A stretch of DNA of 64,000 nt. Origin: Styela clava. Its lineage: Eukaryota. Of this stretch, positions 35,901 to 48,681 are shown piece by piece. A program made the position numbers and the translations under genes. The number at the start of each line of letters is the position of its first letter. Position 1 is the stretch's first letter. The stretch is taken from the NCBI RefSeq assembly GCF_964204865.1, contig NC_135262.1, positions 7,688,001 through 7,752,000 of the forward strand, in the 5' to 3' direction. The notes under the pieces were generated by a model that saw only the letters and a list, made by a program, of their open reading frames with translations, ran no database searches and had not been told where the DNA came from.

Positions 35901-38900
35901 TCTTTTGATGTTATTTTATCATACTGTATGTATTTTATCATTTCATATTGTAACTAGTGTTCACAAAAAATCAAATGTAATATTTTACGTATAGCATATG
36001 TATAGAATGATCATTGTAGAAGTGTTTTTGAAATAGTAGATAAATAATTACACCCAATCAGGACTTAAAAATAGGTTGTGTTGTCAATATAATATGTTTG
36101 TATCATTGTATGTTTTTTCATTTTTCATTTGGAATAGGATGTATTCAATGGAACCACTTCTAACCATATTCCAAATATGTAAGAATTTGTATTTTTATTG
36201 GTAAAAGGATCAAAAAGAGAACTGATACAGATAATTGATAAGTCAATTTCAACGTCCTTAGAGTCACAAGTCAAGTCCTAGCTCCAGCAAATTTCAAAGT
36301 TAAGTCTCAAGCTCGATCACACTTGGGAAACACAGCTAGAATATGCATACTATACTAATCTGCACTTTTTTAAGCAGAAGTCCATTTTTCAAGTTAGGTG
36401 AATTGCCATCAATTTATTACTTCTATAGTATTTTAGGATAAAAATCATCATCACAAACATAATAGAATGTTTTCTTTATTTCAAAATATCCTTTCAATAT
36501 AGATAAAATACATTAACTTTGTCATAAAGAAGTTTCTTGTAATCCGAAAATCCTGTGCACATTAAATTTCAACATTAAAACTAGACAATTAAATTCTGTA
36601 ATTATCGTTCATGTAATTATCGTTCTCATTATGGGGCGATATAATGAATCTAGAAGCAGTTCAGAGGAAGTTTACAGCACAAATAAGCTGCTGCAGAGGA
36701 CAGAGTTATGAGAACCGTTTGGAGGCTTCGAGACTGACAACATTATTAGAAAGAAGAATGAGAGGTGACTTAATAGAAGCCTTCAAAATACTAGATGGTT
36801 TTTGTACATATGGGCAACAATTTTTCAAAGTCTTCTAGAACTGGTAACCTTGTCATAGGGCAAAATCAGCATTCAAAGTTGAACTTTTTTGGGAACAGGG
36901 TCCCAAAATACTGGAACAGCTTACCATTAAATGTGAGGTCAAGTGCTTCTGTGAATATTTTCAAACACAATTTGGATGAATACAGAGATTCCCAGGTGTC
37001 CAACCAAGGACACTTGGACAATACTGGGAATTGTCAAATATGATATTGGAGAGAATTAGATAGTCTAGTTTTCGACATTTGTGTATTAAATGGGTTAGCA
37101 ATACTATTTGGGTAATGTCCTTTCCACTAGTCATAATTTGTCTAGTCTTAATTGTAGTAATTTTTGTGATACTGTGATACATTGTTGTTATACAGGTGTT
37201 ATAGATGTTTATACTGTGGTATATTATATTGTAGATTTTTAAGTTGTACTAGGTGTGATACCCAAAGAGGTATTATTACTTATAGATTTTAATCGGTAAG
37301 TATGTTGATAGGTATTTGTCTGTCTGTCTGTTTGTTTGTCTGTTAGATGCACGCGATATCTTACGAAAGCGAGATTGAATCTGCTCCAGATTTTGCATGT
37401 GCATTCATCATATGTCGTACCAGAAGCCTATTGATTTTGGATGAATTATGTAGTATAATTAACGAGTTATTAATTAATTAGTGATGGGACACAAGGTGTC
37501 ACTATGAAGTAAGAGCGCTGTTTTGGGGGATCCCCTAACTCTCGATCAATAAGTCTTCGGTCTCTGACCGATATTCTCGTTCATTTATTTATTCTGTCCA
37601 TATGATATATATTATATATTTAAATTTTCACACACACAAATACAATAACGAAAGAATAACACAAAAGAGAAATTATTTTCTTCACAACAACAACAATGGC
37701 CGTAACAACAATAATTAAGCAAAACAAACCATTTGTCTTCACGTCTAATAAGTGGAGATTAATAAAACAGAAAACAAACCAAATTCTACAAATATAAGTT
37801 CATGTGAACACAAACTGGTAAAACTGGTTGTATTTAGGAATGATTGAAGTCTGACGATACAAAGTTTTCTACATCTTTCATCTTCATTCCATTATTCTCG
37901 TCAAATGTTTTCACCCATAATGTTATTCTTTCGTGGGGACTTGGTATGTTAGCATATATTTTGTTACCAGTTGATGGATCAACGTAATCTTTATAATCAA
38001 CCGTTATCATTGAATCATATCCGATCTTTCGAACAATTTTTTCAGAATAGTAACTCGATGTAATCACACAAATGTTTTCACATTTTTTATTCTTTGCATT
38101 TTTATTTGTTCTTCTTAACAATTCAGTCCCAATTCCTTGTTTGGTATATTCATGTTTTGTGCACAAAATTGAGCAATATGCGTAGTTGTTCGTACCAAAA
38201 TATTCTTTTAAACTTCCTCCAATAAGCACTTCATCAATTCCAATAAACTGTTTTATACACAATGGAACATCTGAATTGTGAGATTCAGATTTCTTGTATT
38301 TTCCAATGTCAACGATACTTATACCAACTAATTCTCCTGATTCAGTGTCAAAAGCACCATAAGAAGCATTGAGCATTAAAACTGGTTTTACTTCAATTTC
38401 AGTTAGTTTTTCTGCATCCTTTTTAGTTGAATTTAGCGTTATTAGAATAGGTTCATTCGGTAAATAGTCATTCGCAATTAGACTAGCTACTTCACTGAAG
38501 TCATTATCGTCTAAGAGCCGATAATTTACATTCTTTAACTTCATTTTCAAACTATAAATATGGTAGAAGTGGTAGCAACGAAAACACGTCTCGAACTAAT
38601 AATACAGACAAACAATGAATTAATTTATATTTCTTTTTATTTCCTCAAAGAGGAAATGTCCATAAAGATATTATTGAATTCAATCAATCAATTTCCTGGT
38701 TTGTGATCTCTAAGCTGAAAACTGGCGATAAGAACTACATTAATAAGTTATCGATCTGCTCTTGCTCAATATCAATAACTTTTTATAACTATTATTGTAA
38801 CATTGCAAAAACATATATGAAACGAACAAATCTAATAAAAATATGAAACTTGCTAAATACTACTTGCTGAACTTCAATACCATTCCTAAATTATTTTGTA

Positions 38901-41900
38901 CCGTGCCGTTTCAAATCATATATTACGAGTCTTAATTTAATATGTTAGTATTTTCTTTACCTCAAATTCAAAAATAAATATTGAAACCTCCAAACCCCAG
39001 GAGATGAAATTTGGGATCAAATAAAATCTATCCAGGCAATTTACCTACCGAACAGATGTTATGGTTTAGGATGAATAAAAATTATTTAATAATGTAGAAG
39101 GTGGTGTGTTCCCGCTTAGGTCGGGATGAGTAAAATGTAATGAAAAAGGGATAGTTCTAGGTTAGGTTGAGAAGAGCTCCATTTACTTCATTTCATTAAG
39201 GAAAGACCTGGGAGACTCAGTAGCCGTTATCTTTATCGATAACAGGCAGAAGTATGGATTGCTTCATGGCACCAGTCACATTTTTCATAAAGTATAATAC
39301 AAACAACATCTGGCAGTCCAAAGTCAATTATTTAACATGATTGGCAGGCGTAAATACAATATAAAATATATCAATCTAGAAATAAAGTTTACACAAATCA
39401 TGTTTGAAAAGACATATGCGAAAATAAACTGACCCTAAAAAAATAAATTAAGCATTGCCGCCCAAATCAGGCCAAAAAATTGCGTCCAGAAAAGCAACTT
39501 AATATTCTGCGGTCTGACAACATTGTTCCCGCCGCGACTTACCGCTATCACACCTTTCGAATAATGATAATTTTGATAACTGATTAATGGGGTCACTCCC
39601 CTCATACCCCCGGATGTCTGTCCCTGGTGGTATGCCATATCATAAAGCAGTCCTACCATATTTTCTCTCCTCAAAAGAATGAAACCCTTTCCTATCAGAA
39701 TGCAACTGGTTAGGCAATATATAGCGATAAACCTCACGCTATAAAAGCTGTTTTAGTTGACCAGAAAACTGTAAATAAGACAAGATGAAGATCCGGTATT
39801 CGTAGTTCGATTCAATTACTTGTAAACTAATCAGAATTGTTTGAATGTTCTACGATGTATTGATAATATTGAAAATTTATGCAACGAACCAACTCACCTT
39901 CGCCACATTGCAGCCGATTTCCATTTTCTGAATCGTTGTTCCAAATTTTAAGTCTATTATGTGAACATTTTGTCCTGGAATGCAATATGAAATATTTGAC
40001 TAATTTTAATCAAATTATAATTAATCATAAAATTCATTGTACTTAGAATGCATAAATTGACACATTATATTATAATATTCCTGAAAAATATCCCAAAATA
40101 ATGAAATTGCACCTTTGCATAACACAGCGACTTGATCGGAAGATAACGAGGTCATTTGAACGTTTTCATCAATCTATAAAAATAACATGATTGTTGATAA
40201 ACATATTTGTTTATGTTGATTAATAACAAAAGTTATTCAAAGCTGCTGTCATGATATAGCTCCATAACGAAGATTTGCAATATTATTAAAATAACTTATT
40301 AACGTGATCTTATTAAAAATGTTCAGTCCCACCTGTATGGATCTCACTTCCAACGAATACCCTAATCCTCACCCTTTTGTCAAAATATTATATTTACCCC
40401 ACTCCATATGATTAATTTATCCATTTTCCCCACATATATATAAATATATATCTCACCCAACTCCAAAGAGTAGGACAAGTGTGCTAAAAAGGGTGCAAGT
40501 GGGACATCACATTTTGGAGTTGCAGAGTCAAGACATATTATTAAAAATGCACAAATGATAACAGCTGTAGTTGTGCATGCTTTAATAAGAAACGAACTCA
40601 ATTATCATCATGTTCTTATAAACCTTTCATATTACCAGGATAATTAAAAAAATTGAGGCATAACCCGATATTCCCATCCATTTCTTATGTTTTAACCAAT
40701 TCTTATGTGTGTCATAGCCTTCACCATACCTCTACTGTTGTAACTTTATCCAGTTGAATGTTGATTTCGTTGTTGATTACAGAAACACAAAGAAGACAAA
40801 GAGATCCATCACTCCCTGTGTAAGAAAATATTTGAATTTTTATGACTCGTTTAACCAACTCTTCCTCGCTGAGAATAAAAAGACATACAGACAGTGGTGA
40901 TCACTGGTGTTGCACTTTCATGAAATTCTGATGTTGCTTTGAGTTTTCGACCTTCATATTGAAGAGTCCTTATACAATGGCTGACTTCATTTTCCTCTGA
41001 ATGAATCGAGCTTGCTAAGATAGCGTATTCCTAAAAAAATAGTTGAAAATTCAATTTAAACTTGATTATCGATGAAAAAATTGATTTGTGTCAGTGTGCA
41101 GCTAGACTCTTTTAAATCAAATAGTTAACTTGTAACTGCGTTTGTACCTGCGATTAATTAATTATGTTGTTGAGCCTAGTTGTGAGCCTAAAATGTAATA
41201 AATTAGGGCGATTACCATAATTATGTCTTGACACTCGAGTATCGCTCCCAAAAATTACCTCAAATCAGAATAATTCAAGTCAAAATTTTCTACAGCAGCA
41301 ACTCAAAAAAAAGTCGAGTCTAATGAGCATTTTAGCAGTCCATTAAAGATGACTTGAATACATTAAAGTTTTTGTTATCGAAAATGTATTTCCCCGACAC
41401 AGGAGTCTTAGTCAATTGTAAACAGTCAATAAGTGTACCACGCAGCGATGATATTGATTAATCCACTCACAGGTAATTAACCCCTACAAGATTTAACCTC
41501 CAAACCGGGGTGATCGGGGGTGCAATGGCAAGAATTTCCCAACACCTAACCCAATACACCAACCATTAAATCACAATTGGTGTTGATGAATTGATGTGAT
41601 TTACCGACGTTTCAAATTTCTATGCAGGAAAACTTCATCAGGACACGATATGAAAAAAAAGGCTAAAAGTTTTTTCACCTTAATAATTTTTCCTTTTTCC
41701 CTGCCCTATATAACCCTGATAAAGTTTTTCTACATAGAAATTCGAAATGTCAGTAAATTACATCGTTTTAATAAAACCAGTTGTGCTTTATTTATGCTCA
41801 ACACGAATATACCTGGTGGCTATTATATGCTATTTAAGCCATAACATAGCCACATTAATCAAATAATTTTTTACACATATCCTCACATTGTTTTCAACAT

Positions 41901-43786
41901 CACAGATGGAACAGATGCACAAATTTCCATCCTTTTTCACAAATGATGAAACGGACATAATTTCCTTTATTTTCAACTTGATTGAAGCATCTGGAAAGAT
42001 TTCTTGTGGATCTTCCAATACATAATGTAGATGAAATAATGATCCATCGTCTAACAACACAAATGTCTTATGGCCTTGGCATTGAACGAGGCAGTGGATT
42101 TTGTGTTTCAGCTAAAATAAAAAGGATTTTTGATGATAAAAGATTCGTTTATAGTAATGATTCGGCACATCTAAAACGTTTTCATGAATACAAAGTCACT
42201 GATGTTAAACAGAAATAAAGTTTAACAAGTGTATCAAAGGAGCTTTTTTATTATTTATTACATGTAATATTGCTTTGATAATTTTCAGCAAAAAAAATTC
42301 ACCGTAAAAGTCATAGCATCGTCAAGATTAGTTTCTTTGAAAGTTCTCAAAACTTTTTCATTTTGTACGACAACAAATTCTTTTTCTTCAGAATCAAATA
42401 CAACTGAACTTGTGTTTTTACGTCCTCTCGTACAAGACCATGTTTTAATCACTCTGTTGTCATTCACCTAAAATGCAACATAAAATAAAAGATATAATCA
42501 CTGAAACACAGGTTTATGTAATATCAAATATATTCTGAAAAGGGTCGTTCAATAGGAAAATGAAATCAGAGCATCGTGAATTCATAGAAATGAAATTTCT
42601 TGTAAATGTAATTTTGACACCCGATGGTGCTTTTGTACTATGTCATCTGCAAGGCTGGGTAACTGGTTTGAAATCAGGATAGCACCATAGCTTACAAAAA
42701 ATAAAAAGCTAAAAGCAGTTTCACAGCAGTGGGTATCAGATAGATAGATAGATAGATAGATAGAAGTTTATTCATCACCCAGTCATTAGCCAACAAATCA
42801 AACACAAACAACAACATTCAATAAGTAAAAGAAGAATAATCGACTAACAACGGAATTGATAGGAGATTGGAAGGACCATACTGTCACTAAATCGAAACAA
42901 CTCTCCTGGCATAAAAAAGGTTGACAGTTTACATTTTATATTATACCAATTATAAAACATTTTAACTTGTTGTAACTAACAATCAAGCATCAAAAGTAAT
43001 GTGACACATATTGAGACAAATTTAGAATAGAAGCGGCAAGAAAAAGCGTTTAATTTTATATCACAAAAAAATAAAAACGTACAAGTTGAAAAGTTATGAA
43101 TCAGTACTTATTCAGAAAAGACTGGAAATACTTCTTGGAAAAAACTTGAAACTGGAAATTTCTTTTAGATTTTCGTCAATATCGTTCCAAATACTCACAC
43201 CCCCGGTACTTCATGGAATTTTGGGCCCGCGAGGATGAAAATCGTGGTACAAATAATCCTCCCTTTCGAAATGAACGAGTATCATATGTATGTGCATTTT
43301 TTTGTTGTAACAAAATATTGTTGTATCACGCTAGGGGCAGTGCTATTTACCGCTTGATATATGAGCCTTCCCATTTCATAAAAATATAGATCTTTTATTC
43401 TAAGAATACCAAGGATTTTGTAATAACTACTCAAATTTGCCCAGCGTGGCACCCCGCAGATGTCTCAAATTGCTTTATTTTGGATCATCATGATATAGTT
43501 TCTAGTTTTAAATTTAAACTTGCAATCATACAAATTGAACTTTGAACTTTTCAATCCAATATTAGTAATTGAAAATTTGAAAGAAATCTGAAATCAAGGC
43601 TAATGCCCAAAATTGTAGTATCGGTTATTCAAATTCAAAATTTCATTTTACCTGAACTGAACTAAGACTGGAGTTGAACGCCAAGACAACAAAGTCTGAA
43701 CCAGGATCTTTGGCCCAACCAAGAAATGTCGAGCCTTTACGTTTCGAAGTTAAATTTGTAATATCTGCATTTGTTACTGTTGTCAT
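29911..43786 (-). CDS. NOL11: Nucleolar protein 11, multi-exon (internal exons only partly traced)
   Basis: Exon 1 is 43786-43652. Exon 2 (42467-42303, VNDNRVIKTWS..EFVVVQNEKVLRTF..NLD) resembles the NOL11 N-terminus. The last two exons (VISWLGMIIDAHLSEIIL; ELYTVEIMKF*) resemble the NOL11 C-terminus (MDWICLLLDANF; LYSIEVLELF). Confidence 0.82.
35012..35560 (+). pseudogene. Inverted pseudogene copy of the AANAT-like GNAT gene
   Basis: Collinear with 37834-38544 (NDFSEVA, NEPI, ASYGAF, ICVITSSYY, YANIPSPH). It lacks the ATG segment, has an internal deletion before GGSLK, and contains in-frame stops. Confidence 0.9.
36625..37050 (+). mobile_element. 3' fragment of CR1-type LINE ORF2
   Basis: LEAVQRKFT..SYENRL..LTTLLERRMRGDLIEAFKI and FFGNRV..YWNSLP..FKHNLD, typical of the CR1/L2 C-terminus; frameshifted. 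Confidence 0.85.
37273..37581 (+). mobile_element. Helentron-associated non-autonomous element (HINE/DINE-1-like)
   Basis: 5' subTIR with hairpin, (GTCT/GTTT)n microsatellite, 3' subTIR, 3' stem-loop TCGGTC-TCT-GACCGA; second copy at 59016-59307. Confidence 0.75.
37834..38544 (-). CDS. GNAT acetyltransferase, insect-type AANAT/dopamine N-acetyltransferase-like; intronless, nested in NOL11 intron
   Basis: YLPNEPI (cf. FFxDEPL), acetyl-CoA motif A EYTKQGIGTELL, TSSYYSEKIVRKIGY and YKDYVD..G.KIY..IPSPH. Confidence 0.85.
   Translation of the reverse strand: MKLKNVNYRLLDDNDFSEVASLIANDYLPNEPILITLNSTKKDAEKLTEIEVKPVLMLNASYGAFDTESGELVGISIVDIGKYKKSESHNSDVPLCIKQFIGIDEVLIGGSLKEYFGTNNYAYCSILCTKHEYTKQGIGTELLRRTNKNAKNKKCENICVITSSYYSEKIVRKIGYDSMITVDYKDYVDPSTGNKIYANIPSPHERITLWVKTFDENNGMKMKDVENFVSSDFNHS
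42738..43500 (-). mobile_element. Decayed LINE (L2/Crack-like) 3' end with (TATC)n tail
   Basis: - strand remnants KILGILRIKDLYFYEMG, HTYDTRS and GVSIWNDIDENLKEISSF; (GATA)6 tract at ~42738-42763. Confidence 0.65.
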
Positions 43787-44704
43787 GATTGCAACATTTA
43801 TGAATATTTATATATCTATGATACAAGCACTAAAAACAAGAGGAAAACGTATACTATATTAAATAGTTTACAATCGAAAGTATCATACATATTCTCCCGT
43901 AGTGTGTGTACCAGGTTAGGCCATAATTTTATTTCGATTTTCCTTATTTTAGTTCTATTACGAGTTCGAGACTGTCTGTGATAGCCATGTGAATAATCCC
44001 CATGCCCATAGGTTTCAGTCTCTTCACACAACTTGATGTAAAATAGGCGAACAAATTTACGGTAGTCACCTCCATCTTGGTACACATACTTCTGGAGCAC
44101 CGAATAACCATTAAACCTAATTTTTTCATATCCCCCTCTTAGTAATAATGTACACGGTACACCCATTGAATGTGCAACAAATCATGACATATTCCATGTT
44201 CTACGAAAGTAAAATTTATCAAGCACATGATATTGTTGCAGTCATGATATAGAAATGGCTTCGATTATCAGACTTCTTGCTAGGGAGTAGCATTAATCTT
44301 TAGGATTAATTTCACTTTAAAATTTTATGTAATCGTTTCAGAACATACAATATTTTACATATGTGAAATGCATTAAAATGAACCAAATGATATAGAACTT
44401 TTCATACTAGTTATTTGTCCTCCCTCATCTCTGAGGGGCAATGGAGCGTTTTTTGGGTGCTACAAGCAAAGGCGCAAACTAGGTATCATTCATGATGACC
44501 GTATTGATTCGAAGTAAAGAATGTGATTTTTTTTATTATTTGACTGTAAAGCAATTCGCTGGCTTTTTTATTACTAAACGCGGCGCATAAAAGAATCAAT
44601 GGTATTTTTATTGACACCATGGGCCAAAAAGTGTTGGTTGTTATGGTTTGTGGTTAGCAAAAAAAATTTCTGACATGAAAAATGAAAAACAGATGAATAA
44701 ATTT

Positions 44705-45196
44705 TTAAACATATTTATAAGTCATTTTCTCCTTGCTACTCATGTATAAATGGATTCTAACATTATAATCAAAAATAGTCGACAAAATTCCCTCGGCATA
44801 TGTAGCATGATGCTGAAATGTCATTAGAGGGCGCATTTGTTGCACAAAAACTATTATTTCTAAAATATTCAAACGTCGCTTAATAATCACTTCTGACAAA
44901 GTTAGTCTGTGAAATGTTCCGCTGAGAAATTGTCGAATAAAAAGATCCTCGTACGCCATCTGGTGAGCATTTCTTTCTCCGTGAAGATTGCTTGTATTGA
45001 ATGATAACCATCCTTTTCTATGTTGAATATATTCAGGTTTAAAAGCTTCTTCATATGTTACAGGTTTATTTTTAAATTTGGAACCCTTTACTCTTCCTGC
45101 TTGCACTTTATTGTTTGTTGCAGTAGTATGAAATCCATTTACCAAAAGTAATCTAGTTCGCAAAGCACTAAACCACTTTCTTGAAAGCAAGCTCAT
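44705..45196 (-). CDS. MRPS24: Mitochondrial ribosomal protein S24 (uS3m), intronless
   Basis: KPVTYEEA..P.YI.HRKGWLS.NT.NL.GE, ED.FIRQFL.GTF, SEVIIKRR and terminal YKYV. Confidence 0.93.
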   Translation of the reverse strand: MSLLSRKWFSALRTRLLLVNGFHTTATNNKVQAGRVKGSKFKNKPVTYEEAFKPEYIQHRKGWLSFNTSNLHGERNAHQMAYEDLFIRQFLSGTFHRLTLSEVIIKRRLNILEIIVFVQQMRPLMTFQHHATYAEGILSTIFDYNVRIHLYMSSKEKMTYKYV

Positions 45197-45598
45197 TTCT
45201 AGATCTGCTTATCCAATATGAAGATGTTTGTATGTTAATAAAAAAATGCGATTGCACAAATTTATTAGAAATATACCATTAAATATTATGAAACTATTAA
45301 TAAAAGCGGACAAAACATAACATATATTATATAGACCTAGACCAGGCCTGCACAACTCAAATTACCACGAGGGCCGCAAGCATAAATCTGAAGGCTCGGT
45401 GGGCCGCAAACTTTGCCACATACATATTTCACAAGATGAACTACAAATCAAAATAATATTGTGAAACAGTTAAATTTACTATAACACTTCCATTACTGGG
45501 GAGCTAAAAAATATGAATAAACTTATTTTCTTGAGTAAAAACAAGATACAGTTCTGGCATATGAGATAGCAAATATGTATTTAGTGGTTCATCTATAC

Positions 45599-46200
45599 CA
45601 GGGATGGCGAACCACTGACCCGCGGGTCACAAAGTGACCCACTGCACTATTTCGGTGACCCAACAAAAACATACTAACATATTAGTGATAAAAATCGATA
45701 AAACCGGCTCTAATAAAGTAAACTATTATAATGTACCGTCAGTTGGGCAGCCAGGGAAGCGATGGCTCAAATTCCATATTCAATTTCGTGTCGATATGAT
45801 AATTTTCGAAACTCCTAATCTTGGACGCACATCTGCAGCCGTGTATACCATTATGCAGCTAATGGCCGTGACCAATGACCAAAAGGCAGACTGCAGATTG
45901 TTTTGGAAGGATATACGAGAACTAGATAGTAATTTGCATTTTATTGGATTCTCGCCTACAATGCCGTTGGGAAACAAAATCTTTTAGACTTAAAATAAAG
46001 GCCAGAATTCAAAATAAAAAAGCTCAAAACTGAACAACACGAGCTGAAGCTCATAAACTTTGCAAGATAAGATGCAGCAGCAAGTTTCTTATAGATACAA
46101 ACGTGGATTGAATATCTGTGAGACTGTGACCCACACTCTTCCGTTCCGTGGTAAAAATATAATTTTTGACCCATTCATTGAAAAAGGTTCGCCATCCCTG
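45599..46200. mobile_element. hAT MITE (602 bp) nested in 45343-47281
   Basis: Perfect TIR CAGGGATGGCGAACC / GGTTCGCCATCCCTG and perfect TSD ATCTATAC (45591-45598, 46201-46208). Confidence 0.95.
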
Positions 46201-46329
46201 ATCTATACCTTGGAAACCCACCCTTCACTTTCAATATTTCTTTTTTATTAGAATTAGGTATTGCGTGTTGCAGTATAAACTGACTGCGGGAAAATATTTT
46301 ATTCATGTTCAGTTTTGTAAAATCGTCCC

Positions 46330-46652
46330 AACACTGGCTAAGCGTTAGAAATACGCTCGCCACCGCACCTCAAATTACTCTGCGTGGGTTCGCAGGTTCG
46401 AATCCCATGCAGGGATGGTTATGTGCGAGAGGATTGCTGGACTCCTCGCCGTCGTTGGGTGGTTCACGTAACCGCTGTTCGGTTACGGCTTCCTCCACCA
46501 CCAAGTCCATGATTCCGAAAAACAAACAATATAACTAATCCCATACCTGACTTGGAATGGTAGCCGGACGAGAGGCCGTGGTTCGCCATACGGATAAGCC
46601 GTCTCATCGGCTTTTCTCTCCCCCCGGGATAAAAATATAAATCCTATCCTAT
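46330..46652 (+). mobile_element. tRNA-derived SINE nested in 45343-47281
   Basis: A-box-like TGGCTAAGCG, B-box GGTTCGAATCC and (ATCCT)n tail; related copies at 20.8, 23.6 and 50.4 kb. Confidence 0.8.
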
Positions 46653-48099
46653 CTACCATTATTGAATATTTCCATTGTAGGCTAGACAAACAATCCGTTT
46701 AGTAGCAATAGATAATCTTCCTCTGTTGTACTTTTTCAACTGTTAAATTACATTTTTCTACAAAATCTGCTCCAATTTTTTGAAATTTTACAGTAAATAG
46801 CAATATCTTTTGTGCAAGAATTTCTGCACCATTCATAAATGAAGGAATTGTTTTTTAAGTTCTAAATTTGAATCAGAAACTTCAGTTTCATAAACTGCTA
46901 GTAAAAAATAGTAGGGTTATTAACAGGGTTGCTATTATGCACTAAGGGTGTGAGATTGTATACCGATATTGTTTTAAGCGTGATTCAGTTTGAATACCGA
47001 GTTATCTGAATCAGCGTTTCCCAAACACTCGAGAGGTCGAGCGACGAATTTTAAGGGTCGCGAAGGGCACACAAATTTCACACAAGGTTCGATATTTATT
47101 GAAACTAGTGCAAAACATAAATCTCACGATTTCGAATATGATCGGACTAGCGGTGCGCTTCCATAAATAACAATGCCGGCTTTGACTGTTAGACCCAAGA
47201 AGTGGCGTGTTTCCAAATCACCCACAGGCCGCACAGAAGTATGTAGCGGGCCGCATGCGGCCCGTATGTTGTGCAGGCCTGACCCAGACTAATATAAAAA
47301 CTGTAGAGTAGTGAAATATATATTTACTGATTTATTATTTATACAATCAGACAATGCTTATTCATGCCTTTTCCTCCGAACAAAGGCCCTGTATGGCTGT
47401 ATAAGCATACGTTGTTATCTAATGATATGTCAAGAGATATAATCTGATATTGTTGAAGCATCAATTTACGTTATATTGTCAAATTGTGACCAATTATCCA
47501 AAGTTGAGCACAAAAAATTGCATGAATCGTTAACTCCAAAAGCTCAAATCTCTAAATGAATTCCTTGTTAAAGTTTTAAACTTGACAGATTTGCATTGGT
47601 TATGCAAGATGAGACAATCGTTCATTCCTATAACTGTATAACAAGTCAGTAAGTTTTTTAAGTTCTTGCTCCATCTTGCCATCTCTCGCTTTAGCATATT
47701 GCTGTATTAAATGTATAATTTATTTTGATTCACAGCTAATGTTCCGATATAAACAAAGATAGTTTACTTTAATATAATTACTGACATACTGCATAAAGAT
47801 TCCACTTATTAGCTTGGCCCTGCAAGTTCGAAACCACTAGTCAGCTAGTTGACAAAATGGCATATCGGCATATGGCGCACATGTTCGTAACCAAGAGTAC
47901 GTACTTGATTTGTAATTATTGCTCACCTCTACTTCCATCTAACGGAATCAAATATACCAGGATTTTGCCAACTAAAACCTAGGACAATTTGAGAATAACC
48001 GGAGTCGAAATTTTAGATTGTTCTCTACAAAGCCCATATATACCTGGTTCTCTAAGAAAAGTTAAGTAACTGGTAATATTTTTATATTATCAAAACTTG

Positions 48100-48300
48100 A
48101 TTTCTTCGGGGGTTCGGAGCTGAAGTAGGAATTTCCGGGAACCGGGAATCGAAATAATTTTTTTTAACTCGAAACCGATAGTACTTGCATAAAGCTTTGT
48201 TGTTGCTGGTTTCTTATACTCATTCTCATATGATCCTGACGACGGAAACGCAGCAGTGGTGGACTTTTTATGTCTTGTGAAATAGTAAGTACCCTCAAAA
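48100..48300. promoter_or_regulatory. Probable bidirectional promoter region between MRPS24 (-) and YKT6 (+)
   Basis: Locally CpG-richer, ETS-like ATTTCCGG at ~48131 and a + strand GTAAGT donor at ~48285; lies between divergent genes. Inferred, not demonstrated. Confidence 0.4.
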
Positions 48301-48681
48301 ACCCCAGAAGGTTTTCAGGTTTGGTCTATTGTTATGACCGCATTTTTGTATTTTCTGCCGATAATGCCGTAATGCTTTACAGTTAGTGGTTGTACCATAG
48401 ACGCTGAGTGGTCGTATCGGTAGTCGGTACCTGTCTGGTATATCTGTATATAAATACAGAATACTGGAATAAGCGTGTCCCGTACCGGTACCGGTAGGCC
48501 TACCGGTACCGGTATGTTTCTGTATGGCATGGTAGTCTGACTACAGTCACAGGACTAACGGTACCGGTACCTATGGCTACCGGTATATAATAGCATCATA
48601 ATTGAGTTATCAACAATGACAATAAATAATATCTGAGCTTTCATTGGTTGGATACATTTTTTTGGTATTGCAAGTTAATAC

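Larger units (their letters stand above)
45343..47281. mobile_element. Non-autonomous hAT element carrying nested insertions
   Basis: TIR CAGGCCTGCACAAC / GTTGTGCAGGCCTG; TSD ACCTAGAC (45335-45342) vs ACCCAGAC (47282-47289); subterminal GGCCGCA repeats. Confidence 0.9.

Noticed and set aside
46330-46410. tRNA gene
   Set aside because: B-box present but no cloverleaf; continues into a dispersed SINE body and tail.
47600-47940. Possible spliced micro-ORF on - strand (MEVE|QYAKARDGKMEQELKK...)
   Set aside because: Only ~37 aa, no recognisable homology, and upstream candidate exons do not keep the frame.
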